Source of the DNA: Desulfobulbaceae bacterium
GTDB taxonomy: Bacteria; Desulfobacterota; Desulfobulbia; Desulfobulbales; Desulfobulbaceae
Direction of reading: 5' to 3'
DNA length: 24,000 bases
Assembly: GCA_011389815.1 (NCBI GenBank)
Contig: JAABTP010000001.1
Coordinates: forward strand, 1,003-25,002
Positions 9,021 through 15,867 of this stretch are shown here, piece by piece. Position 1 is the first letter of the stretch. Every line of letters starts with the position of its first letter. The notes under the pieces were generated by a model, which searched no databases, was not told the origin of the DNA, and saw only the letters and a list, made by a program, of their open reading frames with translations. A program made the translations under genes and the position numbers.

Positions 9021-9048
9021 GTAAGGGCACGGCACGCCGTGCCCCTAC
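9021..9048. repeat. 28-bp palindromic REP-like element (GTAGGGGC...GCCCCTAC family), copy 1
   Basis: GTAAGGGCACGGCACGCCGTGCCCCTAC. It matches the perfect palindrome at 23651-23678 at 26 of 28 positions. It lies between the ADH stop and the SD of the CNNM gene. Confidence 0.8.
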
Positions 9049-9060
9049 AGGAGGTCTCTT

Positions 9061-10194
9061 ATGCTTTTAGAATTGACTCTTGCTGTCTGTCTGGCAATTC
9101 TGGTTTCAGCCTTATGCAGTGTACTTGAGGCAGTACTCTATTCCCTGCCTATGAGCCGCATTGAGATGATGGCAGAAGCTCGACCTGCCACTACTGCTAT
9201 TCTGAAAAAACTGAAAGATAATATTGATCAACCCATCACGGCTATTCTCACCCTGAACACCATTGCCCATACAATGGGGGCTTCAGTGGCAGGTGCGGCA
9301 GCAGCCTCGGTATTTGGAGAGAGTAACCTGATCTGGTTTTCTGTGTTTTTTACCTTGGCGATTCTCCTGCTCTCTGAGATTTTACCCAAGACTGTGGGCG
9401 TGGAGTTCAGCAGCCCTTTGGCTCCCTATATAGCCCGTCCTCTTCAGGTGATGATCTTTACCCTCAAACCAATTATTCTGATTTGTCAGGCTGTGACCCG
9501 GCTCATACCTAAGTCTTCTGGTTCACTGGTTTCAGCAGAAGAGTTGAGCACCATTGCCCGGCTCAGTCGAAAATCCGGAGAAATTGAACGGGACCAGGAA
9601 AAGGTGATTACCAATATTATTGATTTGCGCAATAAGACAGTGCGTCAAGTCATGACCCCACGAACCGTAACCTTTACCCTGAGCAGGGAAATGACTGTGG
9701 AACAGGCAGCCCTGTTAACCGATCAATGGCGTATTCACAGCAGGGTGCCGGTCTATGGCAGGGACAGCAATGATGTGGTGGGTATTGTGCTCAGTTACGA
9801 GGTCATGCAGGCCGCAGTAGAGGGAAAGCTGGAATGCAGATTAGAAGAGATTATGCATCCGGTTCATTTTGTCCCGGAGATTGCCTTGCTCAATAAGGTA
9901 ATGCTGGAGTTTTTTGAAAAGAGTCAGCATCTTTTTGTGGTGGTGGATGAATACGGTTCTGTGACCGGGGTGATTAGCCTGGAGGATATTCTGGAAGAGA
10001 TTATCGGCAGGGAGATTGTTGATGAATCAGATAAGACCCAGGATATGCGGGCCTTGGCCCGGGCTGCCCGGCAAAAGGGTATTGCTGTTGTACTGGAAGC
10101 AGAGAAGCAAAGACAGGAAGAGAAAGATCAGGCGGTTCAGAAGCAGGAATCCATTGATGAAGCAAGGATATCAAAGGAAAAACAGAGGAGATAA
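9061..10194 (+). CDS. CNNM/DUF21 + CBS-pair membrane protein (CorC/TlyC hemolysin-family, putative divalent-cation transport)
   Basis: 377 aa. The N-terminal DUF21-like TM region is followed by VRQVMTPRTV... and tandem CBS-like segments. GGAGG lies 6 nt upstream of the ATG. The C-terminus is a Lys/Glu/Gln-rich tail rather than a recognisable CorC_HlyC domain. Confidence 0.85.
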   Translation: MLLELTLAVCLAILVSALCSVLEAVLYSLPMSRIEMMAEARPATTAILKKLKDNIDQPITAILTLNTIAHTMGASVAGAAAASVFGESNLIWFSVFFTLAILLLSEILPKTVGVEFSSPLAPYIARPLQVMIFTLKPIILICQAVTRLIPKSSGSLVSAEELSTIARLSRKSGEIERDQEKVITNIIDLRNKTVRQVMTPRTVTFTLSREMTVEQAALLTDQWRIHSRVPVYGRDSNDVVGIVLSYEVMQAAVEGKLECRLEEIMHPVHFVPEIALLNKVMLEFFEKSQHLFVVVDEYGSVTGVISLEDILEEIIGREIVDESDKTQDMRALARAARQKGIAVVLEAEKQRQEEKDQAVQKQESIDEARISKEKQRR

Positions 10195-10196
10195 TT

Positions 10197-10700
10197 ATGG
10201 GTAACCCTCTTCAGGATCAGCTCCTCAAGGCAGGGCTGGTCAGTAAAAAGCAGGCCAGTAAGGCAAAGCAGGAGCAATATGCTCAGAGCAAAAAAAAGAA
10301 AAAGAGCAAGTCCTCCCGAAAGACCGGCAGAAAACCGATCTCAAAGGCAGAGGTGGCTCAGGCTGCTGAAGTGGCGCGTAATAAGGAACTGAGCCGGAAA
10401 CAGGCTGAGGAGCGAAAGCAGCATGAGTTGCAGGCCCAGATTAAACAGCTTGTTATGAATAATCGGCTGGAACGGGATGATAATGGCCAGGCCTATCATT
10501 TTGCCCTGGGAAAAAAAATCCATCGTATTTTTGTGGCTGAGGAGATGATTGACCGGCTTTGTCAAGGCCAGTTAGGCATTGTCCAGCTTGCAGACAGCTT
10601 TGAGGTGGTGCCTGCCAAGGTAGTCCGCCAGGTTGCAGAGCGCGATAAAGAGGCAGTGGTTTCTCTGCGGGAACCCAGCGAGGAAGACGACGACTGGTGA
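10197..10700 (+). CDS. DUF2058 (YaiL-like) protein
   Basis: 167 aa. The N-terminus NPLQDQLLKAGLVSKKQ plus a Lys-rich segment and the C-terminal globular part are characteristic of DUF2058. The start is 2 nt after the CNNM stop. Confidence 0.75.
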   Translation: MGNPLQDQLLKAGLVSKKQASKAKQEQYAQSKKKKKSKSSRKTGRKPISKAEVAQAAEVARNKELSRKQAEERKQHELQAQIKQLVMNNRLERDDNGQAYHFALGKKIHRIFVAEEMIDRLCQGQLGIVQLADSFEVVPAKVVRQVAERDKEAVVSLREPSEEDDDW

Positions 10701-10720
10701 TTTGATTACGCACAGTGTTT

Positions 10721-10790
10721 GTAGGGGCGAATCTTGTATTCGATTCGCCCTTGATGAAGAGCAAAAAGGGCAACCGCCGGTTGCCCCTAC
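10721..10790. repeat. Composite REP-like element: GTAGGGGC head, two internal hairpins, GCCCCTAC tail
   Basis: GTAGGGGC-GAATC-ttgtattc-GATTC-GCCC ... GGGCAACC-gc-CGGTTGCCCCTAC. It has the same 8-nt termini as the 28-bp palindromes at 9021 and 23651. Confidence 0.7.
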
Positions 10791-10817
10791 AGCGTTGGAT
10801 TCATCGGGTTCGTTGAC

Positions 10818-10852
10818 AACCCCGTCCCTTGGGGCGGGGTTTCTTTGTTTTG
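10818..10852 (+). terminator. Rho-independent terminator candidate for the CNNM-DUF2058 unit
   Basis: AACCCCG-(10-nt loop)-CGGGGTT followed by TCTTTGTTTTG. Confidence 0.6.
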
Positions 10853-10869
10853 TGAGAGAGAATATTGCT

Positions 10870-10895
10870 GGTTCCCAAGCCGGAGTTTGGGAACC
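10870..10895. repeat. Perfect 9-bp-stem hairpin (GGTTCCCAA-n8-TTGGGAACC), followed by a tandem ACCAGGCAA duplication
   Basis: Seen directly. Only one copy occurs in the window, so family membership cannot be shown here. Confidence 0.5.
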
Positions 10896-10931
10896 AGGCA
10901 AAACCAGGCAAGAAATATAACGCCCTTGTTC

Positions 10932-11140
10932 GTAACTTCTCAATAAGTGGTGGTAATAAATAAAATCAGGATGTTATAGTAACCAGAAAGATGCATAAGC
11001 ATAATTCGTGCCGAAACAGCAATATCTTTATTAACAATAGTTTAGCGATTCAAGCCTAACGGCACTGTATAAAATCTCCTGAAAAATATGACATGTAACC
11101 TATTGAAATTATAGAACACCACCAGTTATTGAGAAGTTAC
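10932..11140. mobile_element. MITE-like non-autonomous element (209 bp, AT-rich, no ORF)
   Basis: Terminal inverted repeats are GTAACTTCTCAATAAGTGGTGGT (10932-10954) and the reverse complement of 11118-11140 (GTAACTTCTCAATAACTGGTGGT), matching at 22 of 23 positions. They are flanked by the direct repeat CCTTGTTC (10924-10931 and 11141-11148). Confidence 0.6.
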
Positions 11141-11182
11141 CCTTGTTCGTAAGGGCTTATTGATATTTCAGAGGAAAAACTT

Positions 11183-12487
11183 ATGACCATTCGTATTGAA
11201 AGTTATGCAACAGAGCAGGGCAAAAAGAGCATGGACGGGCTACGAGATCGCTTTGCCCTTGCTGACAGCAAATGCGCCCAAACGGTGACTGATATCCTGG
11301 AACAGGTACGTAACCGAGGGGATGAAGCGGTGTTGGAATACACCCGTCGTTTTGATGCACCGGAGTTGAGCCTGGAAGAATTCAAGGTGAGCAAGGAAGA
11401 GTTTGCCCAGGCAGCCAAAGAGGTTGATGAAGACTTCATGGCAACCCTGAGTTTTGCTGCAGAGCGGATTCGCCTGTTTCATGAGCGGGAAATGGAAGAT
11501 TCCTGGATGATGACCCGTGATGATGGCACCATTACCGGGCGCTTGGTTCGGCCTGTGGATTCAGCTGGTCTCTATGTGCCAGGCGGACAGGGCGGTTCCA
11601 CCCCCCTGGTTTCTTCAGTGCTGATGAACGCTATTCCTGCGGGTATTGCCGGGGTGCAACAGCGGGTGATGATGACGCCACCCAATAAGGAGGGCAAGAT
11701 TGCTCCGGCCCTGCTCATGGCAGCCAGGGAAGCAGGAATCACCGAGGTCTATAAGGCTGGCTCTGCCTGGGCCATTGCAGCCTTAGCCTTTGGCACGGAA
11801 TCCGTACCTGCTGTGGATGTTATTGTCGGACCGGGAAATCAGTTTGTCACTGAGGCCAAGCGACAGGTCATGGGCAGGGTGCGCATTGACATGATTGCCG
11901 GTCCCAGTGAGGTGCTGATTGTTGCCGATCATGCGGCCAACCCTGCCTATATTGCAGCGGATATGCTGGCCCAGGCCGAGCATGATCCTATGGCCTTGGC
12001 CTTACTCCTGACTACGGAAACTTCGGTTGCCGAGGCGGTTAAGGTGGAGTTGGAAAAGCAGCTGCCGAACCTGAATCGGGAGGATATTGCCAGAACCTCC
12101 TTGCAGCAGCGGGGCCTGATTCTGGTGGTGAACAGCGTGGAAGAGGGTATTGCCCAGGCGAACGAGATCGCCATTGAGCATCTGGAGCTTCAGGTGGAAG
12201 ATCCCTGGCAGTGGTTGCCTATGATTAAACATGCCGGCGCGATCTTCCTTGGGCCCCACACCCCGGAGGCAGCGGGTGATTATGTGGCCGGTCCCAATCA
12301 TGTGCTACCCACTATGGGCACGGCCCGCATTTCTTCAGCCTTGGGCGTGGAGACCTTTCTCAAGAAAAGTTCCATTATCTCATATTCTCGTCAGGCCCTG
12401 CTCAACGATGCGGAGCATATCCAACGACTGGCCAATCTGGAAGGGTTGAGTGCCCATGCCAATTCTGTGGGGGTGCGGGTGAAATAA
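11183..12487 (+). CDS. hisD: Histidinol dehydrogenase
   Basis: 434 aa. The full-length HisD pattern is present (...GLYVPGG...PLVSSVLMNAIPA..., ...AQAEHD..., ...GDYVAGPNHVLPT...). Confidence 0.95.
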   Translation: MTIRIESYATEQGKKSMDGLRDRFALADSKCAQTVTDILEQVRNRGDEAVLEYTRRFDAPELSLEEFKVSKEEFAQAAKEVDEDFMATLSFAAERIRLFHEREMEDSWMMTRDDGTITGRLVRPVDSAGLYVPGGQGGSTPLVSSVLMNAIPAGIAGVQQRVMMTPPNKEGKIAPALLMAAREAGITEVYKAGSAWAIAALAFGTESVPAVDVIVGPGNQFVTEAKRQVMGRVRIDMIAGPSEVLIVADHAANPAYIAADMLAQAEHDPMALALLLTTETSVAEAVKVELEKQLPNLNREDIARTSLQQRGLILVVNSVEEGIAQANEIAIEHLELQVEDPWQWLPMIKHAGAIFLGPHTPEAAGDYVAGPNHVLPTMGTARISSALGVETFLKKSSIISYSRQALLNDAEHIQRLANLEGLSAHANSVGVRVK

Positions 12488-12585
12488 GGGACGTGGAGCT
12501 GGTGCCGTGTTTGCCTGGGGTGTTATCCCAGGATGGCTAAATACAGCCCCTTCTGCTCTGAAGGGCAAACCGGGAGAGTAGGGCA

Positions 12586-13380
12586 ATCGGGTCAGAGGGA
12601 GCCGAAGCTCCCGTCTGCCCACAGAACCGTGCGTACGGGTCCGTACACGGCTCCTCATGTTACTTTTGTTTACAAACAGTACAACTAAAGCTTCTTAAGT
12701 TCGCAAACCTTTCCCTTTATCTCATTTGCTTTCCATTTGGGTTGCTATTTCATCGTTCCGTACTTGCTTTGTTATAAGAAGATTTATACGTTTCTTCTTC
12801 AAAGAAAGTTCCGATGGCTGAACTCGTAACAACCACAATATTGAGATTCCGGTTCTCAATAACATGCTTCACCCTTCGGCTCCAGCATCTCTGCCACTTT
12901 CCGATAGTTTTACCCTCAGATACGTCACCGCATCATCATCGGCTACCGATTTTACGCCTACTATGGCTTCATCTGAAGACCCTCTGTCCATAACGGGAAC
13001 ATTGCTGCCCCGCTTAGGGTACGGCTGTCGCAGTTACAACCGACCCGGCATGCAGACGGCCCTTCACCGGGTAAGATCACGCACTTTCATTGCCCACCTA
13101 CCTCCTTTACCCGGCAGAGTTACGAAAAGGATATCGGGTTTCGGTGGTCGTTGGCACCTCACCCCTCTGCAAAGCCTACCAGAGGTTCACACCAAGTTTA
13201 GGTGGCAAATTTGACTAAGGCTTCCTTCAGATCCTTCATTGGCTCATACTCACCGGTTTATCCCTCCTCGGGCAGCTCACATGAGTTTCTTCGGGCACCC
13301 TTGCCTTCGTCTACATATTCCCTCCTTTCAGGGTTATGACTGGACTTTCACCAGCTAGTTCGTGACCATGCCGGTCGCAC
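12586..13380 (-). mobile_element. ORF-less (IEP-deleted) group II intron, about 795 nt; the 3' boundary is uncertain by a few nt
   Basis: The minus strand begins GTGCGACCGGCATGGTCACGAACTAGCTGGTGAAAGTCC... (GUGYG 5' end at 13380). It contains a domain V hairpin at 12653-12624 followed by a short domain VI-like hairpin (GGGAGC-ttcg-GCTCCC), and ends ...CCCGAT. No minus-strand ORF of 60 aa or more exists between 12659 and 13399, so no reverse transcriptase is encoded. Confidence 0.8.
12624..12653 (-). ncRNA. Group II intron domain V
   Basis: GAGCCGUG-UACG-gacc-CGUA-CG-CACGGUUC. It has the AGC triad, a two-helix hairpin and a 2-nt 3' bulge, which is the conserved catalytic domain V layout. It is 30 nt, shorter than the usual 34. 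Confidence 0.8.
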
Positions 13381-13400
13381 AACGGCGTGCCGTGCCCGTT
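13381..13400. repeat. Half of a REP-like palindrome split by the intron (the other half is GTAGGGCA at 12578-12585)
   Basis: The minus strand reads AAACGGGCACGGCACGCCGTT immediately 5' of the intron. The 16 nt GGGCACGGCACGCCGT are identical to the copy at 9021. The 3' flank of the intron reads TGCCCTAC. Confidence 0.6.
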
Positions 13401-13672
13401 TATCTGATGTTGTCGTAATGTCCACCAATGGCGAAAATAGAGATGCTCTGCTCATCAAAGGTGTAGATCAGGCGATCTATATGGGAGATCCTTCGTGACC
13501 ATAGGCCGGTTAGGTTGTGTTTCAAAGGCTCCGGTTTTCCAAGGCCCTGAGCAGGGTCATTTCGTTGCATTTCCTGGAGAATGCGACAGAGATTTTTATG
13601 CACCCTTTTGTCCTTGCTCCGCAGTTTTTCGTACTCGGCCCAGGTCTTGCCCTCAAAGATTATTGATCTCAT
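13400..13672 (-). CDS. yoeB: YoeB/Txe-family type II toxin (mRNA interferase)
   Basis: ...KDKRVHKNLCRILQEMQRNDPAQGLGKPEPLKHNLTGLWSRRISHIDRLIYTF...IGGHY closely follows E. coli YoeB (GKGKPEPLKHNLSGFWSRRI...HRLVY). I place the start at the ATG at 13672 (MRSIIFEG), which overlaps the antitoxin by 20 nt. Confidence 0.9.
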   Translation of the reverse strand: MRSIIFEGKTWAEYEKLRSKDKRVHKNLCRILQEMQRNDPAQGLGKPEPLKHNLTGLWSRRISHIDRLIYTFDEQSISIFAIGGHYDNIR

Positions 13673-13925
13673 CAAGCTGCTCCTTGGTTGGCGAATAACC
13701 TTTTCCGCTTCGATGGGTTCCAAGAGATTGCTTGATCTGCTGCATAAGCGAGGTGTTTTGGAGAACGTAGAGGGTCTCCTGAATCTGCTCCCAGTCTTCT
13801 GCCCCGATGATCACAAAGTCTTTGCCGCGTTTACGGGTTACCCGCAGGGGCTCATGGTTAGTGATGCTTTGGTCTGCGCAACTTTTTAAAGCGGCTCGAA
13901 ATTTATTTGCTGTAATTTCACGCAT
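13653..13925 (-). CDS. yefM: YefM/Phd-family antitoxin
   Basis: 90 aa, upstream of and overlapping yoeB. It has an N-terminal Phd/YefM-like fold pattern (...HEPLRVTRKRGKDFVIIGAEDWEQIQETLYVLQN...). Confidence 0.85.
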   Translation of the reverse strand: MREITANKFRAALKSCADQSITNHEPLRVTRKRGKDFVIIGAEDWEQIQETLYVLQNTSLMQQIKQSLGTHRSGKGYSPTKEQLDEINNL

Positions 13926-13963
13926 GATTATGTTCCATAATTGAGAGTTGCTATTGTTTGTAT

Positions 13964-13980
13964 GTACTGTATTACAGTAC
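13964..13980. promoter_or_regulatory. Perfect 17-bp palindrome, candidate YefM-YoeB operator
   Basis: GTACTGTA-t-TACAGTAC lies about 40 bp upstream of the yefM ATG. It contains GTAC cores like the TGTACA operator motifs described for yefM-yoeB loci. Confidence 0.5.
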
Positions 13981-14025
13981 CATATGGATAGGCTTGTATC
14001 AATTGAGAAATAGGAAAACTGGATT

Positions 14026-14589
14026 ATGAAAGCACAAGCAGTACACGAAAACGTAAGCGTTCAGGACTACCTTGCCGGAGAGCAGCAGACCGAGATCCGA
14101 CATGAATACATCAACGGCACCACCCATGCTCTAGGCGGGGCAAGTCCGTCCCACAACCTGATTGCTGGCAATGTGTTTGTCGCCCTCCATGCAGCGGCCC
14201 GCAACAGTCCGTGTCAGGTCTTTATGGCGGACATGAAGGTGTACCTCAACATTGCGGGAGAAGATGTCTTTTACTACCCGGACCTGCTGGTCAGCTGTGA
14301 CCCGGAGGATAACGAAGACTATTACCGCACCCGTCCCTGTTTGATCGTTGAGGTGCTTTCGCCGACAACCGAGCGTATTGATCGGCGGGAAAAATTCATG
14401 GCCTATACCTCGCTCCCCTCATTGCAAGAGTATGTCCTTATTGCTCAGGATCGACAGGCGGTTATGGTCTTTCGGCAAAAAAAGAGCTGGAAGCTGGAGT
14501 TGTTTCAGGGCGGGGAGCAGTTTTCTTCTTCTAATTGCCTGAAGTGTACGTTACCGCTTGTGGAGGTTTATCACGGGGTGGAGTTATGA
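14026..14589 (+). CDS. Uma2-family (DUF820) PD-(D/E)XK-like endonuclease
   Basis: 187 aa. The pattern ...EIRHEYINGT...PSHNLIAGNV...ADMKV...YYPDLLVSC...RPCLIVEVLSPTTERIDRREKFMAYTSLPSLQEYVLI is the typical Uma2 family signature. Confidence 0.8.
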   Translation: MKAQAVHENVSVQDYLAGEQQTEIRHEYINGTTHALGGASPSHNLIAGNVFVALHAAARNSPCQVFMADMKVYLNIAGEDVFYYPDLLVSCDPEDNEDYYRTRPCLIVEVLSPTTERIDRREKFMAYTSLPSLQEYVLIAQDRQAVMVFRQKKSWKLELFQGGEQFSSSNCLKCTLPLVEVYHGVEL

Positions 14590-14712
14590 GCTTCTTTCCC
14601 CTGTCTCAGAAAACCTTTGCAACCTCGTAACGTTTCCTGTATTTGTTGTAAGCATCTGGCTCATAAACACTGTGAGCTCCAATACACGTAACAGGGAGAT
14701 AGGGAGATTATC

Positions 14713-15324
14713 ATGAAAGTATTGATTGTGTACTACTCAATGTACGGACATATCTACAAAATGGCACAGGCCGCTGCTGAAGGGGCGAGATCAGTAGATG
14801 GTGCTGAGGTGGTGTTGCGTCGGGTACCGGAAACGCTGCCCCAGGAAGTGTTAGAAAAAATGGGTGCTGACCATGCCCAGAATGAGCAGGCAGATATCCC
14901 TCTTTGTACCGTCGAAGAGCTGGGCGAGGCAGATGCGGTTATTTTTGGAACCCCAACCCGCTTTGGTAATATGTGCGGGCAGATGCGGCAATTTCTTGAC
15001 GCAACCGGTCAACTGTGGATGCAGGGGGCCTTGGTGGGTAAGCCGGGAAGTGTGATTACAAGCGCAAATACCCAGCACGGTGGTCAGGAATCCACGCTCC
15101 TGAGTTTCCATATTACGTTGTTACATCAGGGCATGGTCATTGTCGGTCTTCCTTATTCTTTTCAGGGGCAAATGACAACAGAGGAGATCACGGGTTGTTC
15201 CCCTTATGGCGCATCTGTTGTTGCAGGCCATGACGGCAGTCGACTTCCCAGTGACAATGAACTTGCCGGGGCCCGGTTTCAGGGAGAACACGTTGCGCAG
15301 ATTGCGAAAAAATTAACAGCCTGA
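14713..15324 (+). CDS. wrbA: NAD(P)H:quinone oxidoreductase, WrbA type (flavodoxin-like)
   Basis: [25 protein letters not shown]...[10 protein letters not shown]...GGQE...; 203 aa. GGGAGA lies upstream of the ATG. Confidence 0.9.
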   Translation: MKVLIVYYSMYGHIYKMAQAAAEGARSVDGAEVVLRRVPETLPQEVLEKMGADHAQNEQADIPLCTVEELGEADAVIFGTPTRFGNMCGQMRQFLDATGQLWMQGALVGKPGSVITSANTQHGGQESTLLSFHITLLHQGMVIVGLPYSFQGQMTTEEITGCSPYGASVVAGHDGSRLPSDNELAGARFQGEHVAQIAKKLTA

Positions 15325-15341
15325 TTGTGCTGCCTTACTGC

Positions 15342-15381
15342 GCTGCTTTGGCAGACCCGGAAAGACCCATGCCAAAGCAGC
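15342..15381. terminator. Bidirectional terminator hairpin between convergent wrbA and the zinc-ribbon gene
   Basis: A 12-bp perfect stem GCTGCTTTGGCA (15342-15353) / TGCCAAAGCAGC (15370-15381) with a 16-nt loop. Confidence 0.65.
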
Positions 15382-15393
15382 AATCCCTTCTGA

Positions 15394-15579
15394 CTAATAC
15401 TCTTCTTCCTCTTCAAAATAGAGTTCTTCATCGTAATCAAAAGAATCCAGGATAACAGGATTAAGGCTCATTAACTGGAATTCTTTTTGACAATCCTCGC
15501 AGTACACCTCGTCGCCTGGCTCATGATCGTAATAGATTCTGATCCTTCCATCACAGCTCGGACATCTCTTGGTTTTCAT
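15394..15579 (-). CDS. LysW-like zinc-ribbon protein with acidic tail (61 aa)
   Basis: MKTKRCPSCDGRIRIYYDHEPGDEVYCEDCQKEFQLMSLNPVILDSFDYDEELYFEEEEEY. The CxxC...CxxC spacing, the GDEV-C-EDC...E-F-x-L-x-SLNP core and the acidic tail mirror LysW/ArgW carrier proteins. AGGAGG lies 4-5 nt upstream of the ATG at 15579; the longer start in the track lacks an SD. Confidence 0.6.
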   Translation of the reverse strand: MKTKRCPSCDGRIRIYYDHEPGDEVYCEDCQKEFQLMSLNPVILDSFDYDEELYFEEEEEY

Positions 15580-15803
15580 AATGCCTCCTATAGCAGGTAA
15601 AAGCAGGTAAAATAATTCCTGAGCATTTATAGCAAACTCTATGCCGAAAGATAAGATGTTGTTATTATGAGGTCGAAAGATGCGGTGCTGGCAGGGCCAG
15701 GAACTCAAAGTTCCTTTGCATTGCCCTTTTCAGGTGATCAGTAAACAGGAAAAAGCAAGGAAGAGCCTATTAAATCCTTGCATATCAGACAAGGGCAAGA
15801 TAT

Positions 15804-15822
15804 TACGAACTCTTGGTTCGTA
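15804..15822. repeat. Inverted repeat TACGAAC-n5-GTTCGTA flanked by direct TATTAC repeats (possible operator upstream of the sigma-54 activator gene)
   Basis: Seen directly, about 45 bp upstream of the ATG at 15868. Function is unknown. Confidence 0.25.
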
Positions 15823-15867
15823 GTATTACCAAAAAGGAACACACAGTTCATATTTTCATGAAGCCTT

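Noticed and set aside
10453-10943. Minus-strand ORFs of 106 aa (10453-10773) and 123 aa (10572-10943), and a plus-strand ORF at 10633-10920
   Set aside because: They overlap the DUF2058 gene in antisense, or run through the REP-like palindromes, terminator and hairpins. Their translations are repeat-derived (e.g. ...GVWEPG..., ...CRGESCIRF...).
12864-13214. 116-aa plus-strand ORF (and 12380-12658 on the minus strand)
   Set aside because: Both lie within the group II intron RNA or its domain V. The sequence is better explained as structured RNA, and neither has an SD or resembles a reverse transcriptase.
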